Of a stretch of 64,000 bases of DNA, positions 38,892 to 47,487 are shown in pieces. A program made the position numbers and the translations under genes. The number at the start of each line of letters is the position of its first letter. Positions within the stretch are counted from its first letter, which is position 1. The stretch covers positions 30,557 through 94,556 of the IMG/VR virus record IMGVR_UViG_2675903375_000003, one strand, 5' to 3'. The notes below the pieces were generated by a model that made no database searches, was not told the DNA's origin, and was given only the letters and a program-made list of their open reading frames with translations. The DNA is from a virus. Its lineage: Duplodnaviria; Caudoviricetes.

Positions 38892-39418
38892 GCCAGAAGC
38901 AGCGTGGGCCGGTGGACTGGGCCCGCCACTACTCGGGCCTGCGCACGGCCGGCCAGCACCCGCTCCTGACCGCGCGGGAGGCCCGGGAGGAGGTCGACCG
39001 GCTCGGCACCGAGCTGTATTACGCGCAGGACGCGCACGCGTTCGTGGGCGAGATGTGCGACATCGTGGACGCCAAGCAGGAAGCCCCGGCTGGGTACGGC
39101 ACGCTGCTTACGGCGGACGTCCGGGAGTGGCTGAAGGGCCCGCGGTGCATACGCCTGCTGGCGGTGGACGCCCGCACGGTTCCGGAGACCCGGCCGGAGG
39201 AGGACGCGGACCTGCTGGCGGAGGCTCTGCGCGCGCAGGTGCGTGCCGCGTTGGAGTCCTCGGGTCGGTCGCAGGCGTCCGTTGCCCGCGAGCTGCAGGT
39301 GAGCACGAAGCACCTGAACACGATGCTGACCGGGAAGGCCAAGCTGACCTTGTGGTGGGCGGCGCGGATCCTCCGGGCGTGCGGAATGCGCCTCGTCGTA
39401 GGCGAGGCCGATCGGTGA
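38888..39418 (+). CDS. Protein with C-terminal XRE-type HTH
   Basis: SQASVARELQVSTKHLNTMLTGK. Confidence 0.7.
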   Translation: MSQKQRGPVDWARHYSGLRTAGQHPLLTAREAREEVDRLGTELYYAQDAHAFVGEMCDIVDAKQEAPAGYGTLLTADVREWLKGPRCIRLLAVDARTVPETRPEEDADLLAEALRAQVRAALESSGRSQASVARELQVSTKHLNTMLTGKAKLTLWWAARILRACGMRLVVGEADR

Positions 39419-39828
39419 GCGGGAGGTTGCGGCGTCCTGGCGGTCGGTGGCGGCTCCTGGTCCACGAGTACCTGGGACGGGTGCCCGGCCAGCGTGCGGG
39501 CGTGGGCGGGCTCGCGCACACGGTGACCCCCGATCCGGCGTTCGCGCGGAAGCACCCGGGCGGCGAGTTCTCGAGGACGCACCTACTCGAGGGGACCGAG
39601 TTCGACGAGCTGGTCGTCGGGTCGTGGCTGCACATCGAGCAGCTGGACACGAGCGTGTGGTGGATCAACATCGGCGGGGTGACGGTGCACGTCACGGCTG
39701 ATCGTGACGGCCGGCCGAAGCGGGTGTGGGTGTGCGGGCCGGAGGACTACGACGCTCCGCGGCCCGGATGCGCGTACGAACTGTCGTGGACCAACCCGGG
39801 CGCGTACGTGAAGAAGGGGGACAGGTGA
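39415..39828 (+). CDS. Hypothetical phage protein
   Basis: GTGA overlap; FDELVVGSWLHIEQLD. Confidence 0.6.
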   Translation: MSGRLRRPGGRWRLLVHEYLGRVPGQRAGVGGLAHTVTPDPAFARKHPGGEFSRTHLLEGTEFDELVVGSWLHIEQLDTSVWWINIGGVTVHVTADRDGRPKRVWVCGPEDYDAPRPGCAYELSWTNPGAYVKKGDR

Positions 39829-40010
39829 GCGAGACGACGTACACCGTGCGGTACTGGGGCGGCCCGAAGGACGGAGCAGAGGAGCAGATCACCTGCGGCT
39901 ACCCGCCCCCGGTGTTGAACGGGTACGGCCTGGCCTACAGCAAGCTGGGCCGGTACTACCTGTACTCGTGGGCTCGTCGGACTCGGGAGAAGCAGGGAGG
40001 GGCATCGTGA
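39825..40010 (+). CDS. Small hypothetical protein
   Basis: GTGA overlaps on both sides; WGGPKDG motif. Confidence 0.55.
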   Translation: MSETTYTVRYWGGPKDGAEEQITCGYPPPVLNGYGLAYSKLGRYYLYSWARRTREKQGGAS

Positions 40011-40657
40011 CCGTGTACGACAACAGCGCTGCCCACCGGGCGGCGGCGATCCGCGCGCATGCCCGGCGGCCCGGGTGGCGGTGGCTGCTGGCCCGGCTCG
40101 GCGTCACCGCCCACACCCGTCGGGCGGACGCCCAGGCGGCCCGCTGGCAGGTCGGGGCGCAGGCCGAGGACGTCACCAAGGCCATGCTCTGCCCGCTCGA
40201 GGCTCAGGGCTGGCGGATCCTGCACGACCGGCGGTTACCCGGCTCTCGCGCCAACCTCGACCACGTCCTGGTATCGCCTTGCGGGACTGCGGTGGTGGTC
40301 TTGGACACGAAGCGCTGGCACGCCCGACGGGAGACGGTGCTGCTCCGGGGTCGGGTGCACTGTGGGGTGGAGGACCGGCACGGGCAGGTGGAGGCGGTCG
40401 CCTCGTACGCGGCCCGTGTCGCCGAGGTGTTGGGGCTGCCGGCGAGTGCGGTGTGGCCGCTGCTGGTGGTCCACGGCTCCCTGATACGGGGCGGCCGGCT
40501 GGAGGCGCGGGCGCCCCGGTGGGAGGGGGTGGTGCATGTGCTGGGGCCGGAGTTCCTGGTGCCGACGCTGGCGAACTCGCCGACCGCCTGGAATCCGCAG
40601 GCTGCGGCCGCGCTGGCGGAGCATGTGGCGCGGGTGCTTCCGCCGTATGAGGGGTGA
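40007..40657 (+). CDS. NERD-domain nuclease
   Basis: GAQAE...GWRILHD...ANLDHVLVSP..VVVLDTK; in-frame TTA codon at 40235. Confidence 0.85.
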   Translation: MTVYDNSAAHRAAAIRAHARRPGWRWLLARLGVTAHTRRADAQAARWQVGAQAEDVTKAMLCPLEAQGWRILHDRRLPGSRANLDHVLVSPCGTAVVVLDTKRWHARRETVLLRGRVHCGVEDRHGQVEAVASYAARVAEVLGLPASAVWPLLVVHGSLIRGGRLEARAPRWEGVVHVLGPEFLVPTLANSPTAWNPQAAAALAEHVARVLPPYEG

Positions 40658-40690
40658 GGCGTACCGTGTGTGGTCCGCCTGGGGGGCATG

Positions 40691-40730
40691 GGGCCCGTCG
40701 TCTGCTTCGGCAGGCGGCGGGCCCTTCTTG
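40691..40730 (+). terminator. Intrinsic terminator ending the rightward arm
   Basis: GGGCCCGTCGTCTGC-TTCG-GCAGGCGGCGGGCCC then TTCTTG. Confidence 0.75.
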
Positions 40731-40934
40731 TGCTTCCGGGCCGGGGTGGGCAGCCGCATGGCCTCCCGTGGGGAGGAAGCCGGGAGGTGCGGCGGGCCCT
40801 ACCGCCAGGCGACTAGCGGTAGGGCCCGAGAAGGGGATTCCACCCGGGGGTGGAGTGGATCCCGCGATCACTACCCTGCCTCATAATCCGGCCAGAGGGA
40901 TAGATATCGGCCGCATATATCTGCGGTGTCCGGG

Positions 40935-41687
40935 TCAGCTCTGGCGGAGGTAGTAGTTGCGGAGCATCTGCCGCAGGCCCGGCAGGTCGAACTCGGTGGT
41001 GAACTTTCCCGCGCCGGTCGACGTCCGCACGCCTCCGTTCGGGGAGCACATCACCGGCATCCAGCCGGCCTTGTTCTTCACGCACTCGTACGCCTCCACC
41101 GCCCCGTCCTTGTCGCGGTCGGTGTTGGGGTGGTCCAGGCCGAGGATGTGCCCGAGTTCGTGGGCGACGGCGTTCTTCCGGTACGCGTCGTTGAGCGTGG
41201 TGTTCGTGGAGAACCAGGACGTCGACGTCCAGTACTCGGAGTCCATCAGGATGTGCCCGCCGGATGCGGAGCCGTCGGCGAGGTTGTGGCAGGGCAGGGC
41301 CTTGCTGATACCCGCCTTGCCTGTGGGCCGGTACACGTAGTGGACGACGATCCGGCGCTGGCCCGGGCATGCCGAGCGGGGCGTGGAGTCCAGGAGTGTG
41401 GTGACGGTGACGGGTACGCCGACGCTGAGGGTGACCTGGCTGGCGGGTGTCTTCAGGTACGGGGCGAGCTTGGTGCGGGCCCTGCTGTCTGCGAACACCA
41501 CGGTGTAGGGGCCAGGGTGCAGGGAGTAGACGCCGTGGGCGGTTTCGGCTTTCCACCCGGTCCCGGAGTAGACCGGGCTGGAGGTGGTGGCGGCGGCGAC
41601 CAGGGCGGTGCACGCGCTGGTGACGGCGGCTGCGGGTGTGAGGGTGCGCCGGATTCGGCGGGCGATGCGGTGGTTTGGGGTGGGCAT
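40935..41687 (-). CDS. Secreted metzincin (matrixin/snapalysin-like) zinc metalloprotease
   Basis: Signal-peptide-like N-terminus; HELGHILGLDH (HExxHxxGxxH); Met-turn PVMCS. Confidence 0.85.
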   Translation of the reverse strand: MPTPNHRIARRIRRTLTPAAAVTSACTALVAAATTSSPVYSGTGWKAETAHGVYSLHPGPYTVVFADSRARTKLAPYLKTPASQVTLSVGVPVTVTTLLDSTPRSACPGQRRIVVHYVYRPTGKAGISKALPCHNLADGSASGGHILMDSEYWTSTSWFSTNTTLNDAYRKNAVAHELGHILGLDHPNTDRDKDGAVEAYECVKNKAGWMPVMCSPNGGVRTSTGAGKFTTEFDLPGLRQMLRNYYLRQS

Positions 41688-41960
41688 GCCCTTCAGTCTG
41701 GGCACAAAACGCGCGACCGTTGCCACCGCTCGCGCGGGGGGGCCGGAGTGGTTCGGGGTCGCCTACCGCCGTCCGGAAGGCGACCCCTGCGCGCGCTACC
41801 TGGCAGCCTCCCACGCGCCACCGACAAAGGTGAGGCCCCCTGCACCAACAGGGGGCCTCTGCATAGTCCGACGCCTCAACCCGGTTGGAGCCAGAGCAGA
41901 ACCATCAGGAGGCCAGGATAGCGCGAGGTCACCGGACCGTTCCGGGCGCTTGGCGGCCGG

Positions 41961-42359
41961 TCACCGCGGCGTCCACGCCCCGTCTTCGTTGCCGACCAGG
42001 TCGGTGCTGCACAGGTCGCAGATGCCGACCGGCCGGTCCGGTCGGTCTTTCATCTTGCCGACGTCGAGGACGTACTGGTGCGGGCAGTGGTTCTCGAGGA
42101 CGTGCCACACCAGCTGCCCGTCCGGGCTGATGGCGGTGGCGTGGTGTCGGCCGAGCCATGCGGGGAGGGGCTGCCCGGTGGCGACGATCTGGAAGCTGCG
42201 CCGCATGTGCCGGGTGTCGTCACGGCGAGCGAAGTACCAGACGTCGACGGCGTCGGTCCGGCGTACGGCGGCGTGGAGGATGTCGCCGGTGAGGTCGATG
42301 CCGTGGGGTCGGTCGTCGAGGGGGAGCTCGATGCGGTGGATGACGTCGGGGAGGGCCAT
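41961..42359 (-). CDS. Hypothetical phage protein with C-terminal Zn ribbon
   Basis: FQIVATGQPLP...LVWHVLE; CPH...CDLC. Confidence 0.6.
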   Translation of the reverse strand: MALPDVIHRIELPLDDRPHGIDLTGDILHAAVRRTDAVDVWYFARRDDTRHMRRSFQIVATGQPLPAWLGRHHATAISPDGQLVWHVLENHCPHQYVLDVGKMKDRPDRPVGICDLCSTDLVGNEDGAWTPR

Positions 42360-42625
42360 CACGCGGGCTTCTCCGGCCTGCTGACGAGCGCCACGCCCAG
42401 GTACACGACCTTGTCCGGATTTTTGAAGGTCTCACCTTTCAGGACCTTCAGGCCGCCGGACTGGACACACAAATTGGTGCCGTCAAGGACGAGGATCTTC
42501 CCCTTGTAAAGGCGGACTCCTTCGCCCATGACGCGTTGTCCGATGAAGCTGATGTCGTCGCCGACGTGGAGTTCGTTTTTGAGGTAGTCGGTGACCGGGA
42601 GTGTGGGTTCGGTGGTGGGGGCCAT
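42359..42625 (-). CDS. Small SH3/KOW-like hypothetical protein
   Basis: DYLKNELHVGDDISF; coupled to the next gene. Confidence 0.55.
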   Translation of the reverse strand: MAPTTEPTLPVTDYLKNELHVGDDISFIGQRVMGEGVRLYKGKILVLDGTNLCVQSGGLKVLKGETFKNPDKVVYLGVALVSRPEKPA

Positions 42626-42714
42626 GCGTCCACGATGCCGGGATTCGACCGGCGCGTTCCCCCGGGTGCCCGGCAGCGTTGGGGGCGTGCTGCCGGGCCG
42701 GCGTGCCGGGGGTG

Positions 42715-42927
42715 TCAGCCCCAGGCGGTGTCGAGGGGGGTGACCGGGGTGGTGGTGTCGGTCGGGGTTCCCGGGGTGCCCCAGGCGGTGTCGTCGATGC
42801 CCGCGGTGGTGGCGGGTGCTCCCCAGGCGGTGTCTGCGGTGGTGGCGGCCGGTTCGGTGAGGACGGCGGTGGTGCCGGCGAGGGTGAGGGCGGTGGCGGC
42901 GAGGATGGCGCGTAGGCGTGGTGTCAC
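42715..42927 (-). CDS. Secreted propeptide with three identical DTAWG cores (candidate signalling peptide precursor)
   Basis: GAAAGG RBS; n/h signal peptide; DTAWG x3 with the last at the C-terminus; DNA repeat CCCCAGGCGGTGTC at 42719, 42779, 42821. Confidence 0.8.
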   Translation of the reverse strand: MTPRLRAILAATALTLAGTTAVLTEPAATTADTAWGAPATTAGIDDTAWGTPGTPTDTTTPVTPLDTAWG

Positions 42928-43210
42928 GGCGTGTGCCTTTCGGTCGCTTGGGGCGCTGTTGTGTTGTCGGGAAACGATTGTGGGGCGTCTGTCCCGGTGC
43001 CTTGTGTCCGATCCTGCTGCGAGTCCCGTTCCTGGTGCGTTTCTGGCAGTAGACGCGGCAGGGTGTGGGGAGGATGCGGAGTACAGGCGCCGGGGGACGC
43101 CCCGTGGATAGGCTGTCGTAGGGCGTGTGCATGCCTCAACTGGTTCGCGGTCGCGTATGTGCGCGGCGCGTAGACACGCAAGGATCTTGACGGGGGGTCA
43201 GGCTGTGGCC

Positions 43211-44299
43211 ATGGGTGAACCGGTGGACGGCAGAGGGTACTTGTCGGCGGACGCGATCCGCGTGTACGGGAGGATCGCCCGGCAGGAACGCCTCGGCGAA
43301 CACGATCGCAGGCATGTGCAGGAGCTGGTGGCGTGGGGGGCTGTGGCGTTCAGCGCGGACCGTCCGGACATGCCGGTGGTGCTGGACCCGCAGAAGGCTG
43401 CGCAGCGTCGTCTGGAGCGTGAGCTGGCGGAGGCCGCGGAGCGGGTGGCGATGATGAAGGCGTTGCCGGCGGTGTCGGACGAGTTGGCGCTGCACTACGA
43501 GCGGGCGCAGTGGCGGGCCGGCGGCGGCAGCGAGTTCCTGGACGATCCGGTGACGGTGAATGCCCGTCTGGATGACGTGGTCGGGTCGGCGGAGGTGGAG
43601 ATTCTGGCGGCGCAGCCGGGCGGGCCGCGGACGCGGGAGTTGCTGAATCGTGCCGTCACCCGGGATACGGAGGCTGTGCAGCGCGGTGTCGTGCTGCGGA
43701 CCCTGTACCGGGACACGGTCCGCGACCACACGGTGACCGCAGAAGGCGTGCGGACGATGTCGGGGCGCGGCGGGCAGTACCGGACGCTGGTGGGCCCGTT
43801 CCAGCGGTGCATCGTGGTGGACCGCAGGCAGGCGTTCATCTCCGACCACGTGGTGGAGGGCGCGCCCTCGCATGCGGGCTGGCATGTGACGGACCGGGCG
43901 TTGGTGGCGTTCATCGCTGTGGTGTTCGATGAGGCGTGGCATCGGGCGTCGCCGTGGCACGGCGAGCTCCGTACCCAGGGCGGGGCCGACGGTTCGGTGG
44001 ACGCGGTGTCGGGCCCGGGCAGCGGGGTACGGACGAGCGCGCTGCAGCGGGCGATCCTGCGGGACATGGCGGCCGGGATCGAGCAGCGGCTGACCGCGAA
44101 CCGGATGGGGATCCGGCTGCGCCGTCTCACGGACGAGATCAAGGATCTGAAGGAACTGTTGGGGGTTCAGACGCTGCCGGAGCTGACGTACTGGTGGGCT
44201 TTGTCCCCGGACCGGCTCGTGGACGACGGCGCCCCCGCCACGGTGGACGTGGCAGGGGCGGGCATCGCCGGCGCGCTCGGCGTGGAGACGGCCGCGTAG
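43211..44299 (+). CDS. Transcription regulator: degenerate wHTH, coiled coil, TrmB/PLD-like sensor domain, LuxR-like HTH
   Basis: EILAAQPGGPR, RGVVLRTLY, RCIVVDRRQAFI, FDEAWHRASPW; C-terminal QRAILRDMAAG...ANRMGI...LKELLGV. Confidence 0.8.
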   Translation: MGEPVDGRGYLSADAIRVYGRIARQERLGEHDRRHVQELVAWGAVAFSADRPDMPVVLDPQKAAQRRLERELAEAAERVAMMKALPAVSDELALHYERAQWRAGGGSEFLDDPVTVNARLDDVVGSAEVEILAAQPGGPRTRELLNRAVTRDTEAVQRGVVLRTLYRDTVRDHTVTAEGVRTMSGRGGQYRTLVGPFQRCIVVDRRQAFISDHVVEGAPSHAGWHVTDRALVAFIAVVFDEAWHRASPWHGELRTQGGADGSVDAVSGPGSGVRTSALQRAILRDMAAGIEQRLTANRMGIRLRRLTDEIKDLKELLGVQTLPELTYWWALSPDRLVDDGAPATVDVAGAGIAGALGVETAA

Positions 44300-44339
44300 A
44301 CGGTACGAAAGGGCCCAGCGCCGGGCTTCCAGCGCTGCC

Positions 44340-44864
44340 TCACGGGCCTTCGGCACCGGACACGTTGGACGGCTGCACGCCCCTCAGGACAGCCAACTCC
44401 CGCTGCGCCTGGGCCAGCCGGGCGAGGTACTCGGCGGCCTGCGCCTGCCAGTCCGGAGCGGCACCGGCACGGATGCGGCCGGTCATGAAGCGGTCCCAGC
44501 CCTGCAGCGCGTACTCCAGCTCACGGATCCGGGCCCGCAGACCGTCCGGGTCCCGGTCCTTCCGCAGCTCGGCGAGTTCCGCCTCCATACGCCGCATGTC
44601 GGCAGCGGTCCGGGCCTTCTGGCGTTCCTTGCCCTTGTCGAAGCCTCGCCCGAACGCGGCCCGCCGCTCCTCGCGCGGGCACTCCGCGATCCAGGGGAGG
44701 AGGGAGGCGGCCGCGTCCCGGTGCTCGCGGGCCCGCTCGGGTTCCTCCGTCTCCAGTTCGTCGATGCCCCGGTGGTCGTACTCGCGGGCCAACTGGTCGG
44801 CCAGGCGCTGCTCCACGCTGGGCTCGAGCGCGCCGTCGTCGACGGGCAGCGGGTCGGTGGTCAC
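44340..44864 (-). CDS. Coiled-coil hypothetical protein
   Basis: GTGA overlap; heptad-rich. Confidence 0.6.
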   Translation of the reverse strand: MTTDPLPVDDGALEPSVEQRLADQLAREYDHRGIDELETEEPERAREHRDAAASLLPWIAECPREERRAAFGRGFDKGKERQKARTAADMRRMEAELAELRKDRDPDGLRARIRELEYALQGWDRFMTGRIRAGAAPDWQAQAAEYLARLAQAQRELAVLRGVQPSNVSGAEGP

Positions 44865-45079
44865 GGCTGGTCGTCCTCGTCGATCAGTTGGTGCTCGTCG
44901 CGGTGCGCCCCGCACGTCTCGCCGAACATGTCCGTCCGGCACGCTCCGGGGCCTTCGTAGGTGTGGTGCCCGATAGTGGCCACGCTGATCGCCTCCTGCC
45001 CGTCGAGACGGTGCGCCGGGCACTCGGACAGCTTCGCCTCGACGGCCTCCAGGCGGGCGAGGAGTTCCCGCTTCGACAC
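44861..45079 (-). CDS. Small hypothetical protein
   Basis: VSKRELLARL...HHTYEG..AC...CG..H. Confidence 0.55.
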   Translation of the reverse strand: MSKRELLARLEAVEAKLSECPAHRLDGQEAISVATIGHHTYEGPGACRTDMFGETCGAHRDEHQLIDEDDQP

Positions 45080-45087
45080 CCGGCGCC

Positions 45088-45831
45088 TCACTCGGCCTCG
45101 TTCGGGAGTTCGGGCTGCATCTCTGCGTGGCCCTTCGCCTCCCACTGCCGTCGGTAGGAGTCGGCGGGGATGGCGCAGTCGTCGCTGGAGCGGGCGTGGA
45201 AGACCGCGGAGTCGTTGCCCCAGTCGGGCCGCCACAGGTTCGGGCCGGGGAACCGTACGGCCTTCATCCTCGAGGTGATGCGCTCGCCGCAGCCGAGGCA
45301 GTGGCCGGCGGGGATGGCCATGAGGCGTTCGGTGTTGGCCATCTCGTGGTCGACCATGGCCTCGTTGGTGGCATGGGTGCAGGGCGGGATCTCGTTGCAC
45401 AGGCGGCACACGCTGTAGTGCTCGGGGAGGACGTAGAACGGGCGGGAGGCGCGTACTGCGTAGTGCTCGGGCTTCGCCTTGGGCCGGTCGGCGGGCTGGA
45501 TGACGAGGACGAGGGGGCGGTGCTCCCACGTGGCGCGCTCAGGCTGCTCGCCCAGATCCCGGCCGACGACGACCTGCTCCACCCACTCCTTGGTGAACCG
45601 CTTCCACTCCGTCATGAAGTGCTCCGGCCACAGGTCCAGCGGGCGCTCGGTGACCTCGAGAACGCGGTACGCCTTCCGGTCACTCCACACGATGATCGTG
45701 CCGGGATGGATACGGGTGCTGTAGTCGGTCTCCTTGAGGTACCGCTTGACGCCCTCTGCGGGCAGATAGCCGGTCTTCCGGCACTGCTGCGGACTCCACT
45801 GCCCCAGCACGACACGCATCGGGATACGCAC
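45088..45831 (-). CDS. Hypothetical protein with Zn-binding motifs
   Basis: GAAGGAG RBS; CRLC..PPC, CLGC. Confidence 0.65.
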   Translation of the reverse strand: MRIPMRVVLGQWSPQQCRKTGYLPAEGVKRYLKETDYSTRIHPGTIIVWSDRKAYRVLEVTERPLDLWPEHFMTEWKRFTKEWVEQVVVGRDLGEQPERATWEHRPLVLVIQPADRPKAKPEHYAVRASRPFYVLPEHYSVCRLCNEIPPCTHATNEAMVDHEMANTERLMAIPAGHCLGCGERITSRMKAVRFPGPNLWRPDWGNDSAVFHARSSDDCAIPADSYRRQWEAKGHAEMQPELPNEAE

Positions 45832-45877
45832 GATCAGGTCTCCTTCGGCTGCGAGTCGATAGTCGGGGCGATCGGGT

Positions 45878-46513
45878 TCACAGGCTGGCCTCCCGTGCGA
45901 TCACGACATCCACGCCGCAGTCACCGCATACGCCTCCGTCCGGGAGATCCTCCGACGTGAGCGGGGCCAGGCCCCACCAGCGGGAGCCGTGCTTGCGGCA
46001 CCACAATGCGCCCGGCTTGTCGGGGTCCCGGTAGGCCACGACATCGGGCCCGGGCTCCTCGATGGCGGGGAGCAGGCCGGCGGTGGCGCGGCGGAGGAGT
46101 TCGTCGAGCATGCCGGCGGTGCCGGGGATGCCGTGGGCGACGATCGAGTTCCGCATGAGCGCGGTGGGCATCTGGGTCTGGCATGTGATGCCGCAGAACT
46201 CGTGCTCGCCGTCGGCGTGGGCCTGTTCTTCCTCGTGGGTCGCGCAGAGTTCGCCGTCCTCGCACGGGCTCGGCTGGCTGCACGGCGTGGGATCGATGCG
46301 CGCCCAGTTCTCCGGGCTGATCAGGTCGGCCGCGAAGTCCATCACCTTCGTCGCCTGCACCGCACCACGTGTGGAGTCACGGTGGGCGCGGATCTTCCCG
46401 GCGAGTTCCTGGGCGAAGAGGGCCAGGGCGCCGTCGATGACGTCCTCGGGCAGGTTGTGACGGGAGAGCAGCGCGCGGCCGGTCTCGGGCTGTGAGGCGG
46501 GCCGTGTGGTCAC
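45878..46513 (-). CDS. Mosaic hypothetical protein with C-terminal Zn module
   Basis: GAAGGAG RBS; LWCRKH...CGDCGVDV. Confidence 0.6.
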   Translation of the reverse strand: MTTRPASQPETGRALLSRHNLPEDVIDGALALFAQELAGKIRAHRDSTRGAVQATKVMDFAADLISPENWARIDPTPCSQPSPCEDGELCATHEEEQAHADGEHEFCGITCQTQMPTALMRNSIVAHGIPGTAGMLDELLRRATAGLLPAIEEPGPDVVAYRDPDKPGALWCRKHGSRWWGLAPLTSEDLPDGGVCGDCGVDVVIAREASL

Positions 46514-47088
46514 GGGGTGGGCTCCTTCGACGGGCAGGCGGGGTGCCGGTGGGCGGCTGTGCCGATCGCGTGCGGGTAGTCATAGATGGCGGGCTCCGGC
46601 TTCCACGTCTCTCCGTGGGCGCCGCACGCCTTGCACCGCCACCGCTCGCCGCCGTCGACCTGCTCGAGGTCGAAGCGGGCGTAGAAGGCGTCCAGTTCGG
46701 CCTTGCGTTCCTGGTAGATGGTGGTGCGCCGCTTGTAGTCCTCGTACGTGTTGCCGCGGTAGCGGGGGTTGTCGATGCTCTCGTTCCACCCCGGCTGGTA
46801 GTCGGGGTGGGTGCGCCATAGGCGGGCGAGGCCGCGCATCGTGGTGCAGGGGACGCCAGCGGCTCCGGTGCAGGTGACGCACTGGGCGTGGGATTGTCCG
46901 CGGGCGTCGATCCAGATGTTGTGCTCGTTGGCGATCAGGTAGAGGGAGTCGATGCGGTTGAGTTCGGCTTCCTGGACCGGGTCGGGCGGTATCCGCTCGG
47001 CGGCGGTCTGTCGTTCGGCGAGGCGGGCGTACACGAAGTCCTCGCAGCGGAACTCCCACCGCCAGTTCGGGTCGTCGGGGCCGGTCAC
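46510..47088 (-). CDS. DUF6221-like protein with Zn ribbon
   Basis: CVTC...PCTTMRGLARLWRTHPDYQPGW; CKAC. Confidence 0.6.
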   Translation of the reverse strand: MTGPDDPNWRWEFRCEDFVYARLAERQTAAERIPPDPVQEAELNRIDSLYLIANEHNIWIDARGQSHAQCVTCTGAAGVPCTTMRGLARLWRTHPDYQPGWNESIDNPRYRGNTYEDYKRRTTIYQERKAELDAFYARFDLEQVDGGERWRCKACGAHGETWKPEPAIYDYPHAIGTAAHRHPACPSKEPTP

Positions 47089-47268
47089 GTGCTGGTCCTT
47101 CCGGGTTCGGTCGCTTTGGTCGCTGTTCGGTCGATGAGCGCGGACACCACGGCCACGATCAGGAACAGGGGGATGGCGGTGAGGGAGGCGGCGAGCGCCC
47201 ACACGATCCAGGCGGGCGGGCCGCTCACTTCGGCCGCCGCACGGTCACGGCGGCCACGAACGCGAGCG

Positions 47269-47484
47269 TCACGACGGGCGCCGCGATTCGGGCTCGACCG
47301 CGAACGTGGCCGTCACCCGCACCAGCCGGTAACGGCACTTCGGGTAGGCGGCGCGGCGCTCGTCACGCAGCGCGCGGGCGTCGTCCTGGGACAGGCCGCT
47401 CGTGTGGTCGCTCCACGGCCCGCCGCGCTGGTACTGGATCTGGAGCATCCAGGAGACCTGGGCTGGGCGTTCGTGCCTGGCCAC
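47269..47484 (-). CDS. Small hypothetical protein
   Basis: GAAGGAGG RBS; SWMLQIQ...YRLVRVT. Confidence 0.6.
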   Translation of the reverse strand: MARHERPAQVSWMLQIQYQRGGPWSDHTSGLSQDDARALRDERRAAYPKCRYRLVRVTATFAVEPESRRPS

Positions 47485-47487
47485 GGC

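Noticed and set aside
40880-40926. AT-rich imperfect palindrome between the convergent arms as a lox or telomere-resolution site
   Set aside because: Symmetry is weak, there is a single copy, and no protelomerase is visible.
42719-42834. 14-bp direct repeats with 28-46 bp spacers resembling a mini-CRISPR
   Set aside because: Repeats are too short, in frame and encode DTAWG; no cas genes are present.
42715-42927. Multi-core RiPP precursor interpretation
   Set aside because: No radical SAM, P450, YcaO, lanthipeptide or prenyltransferase gene nearby and a secretion signal is present; not excluded if enzymes act in trans.
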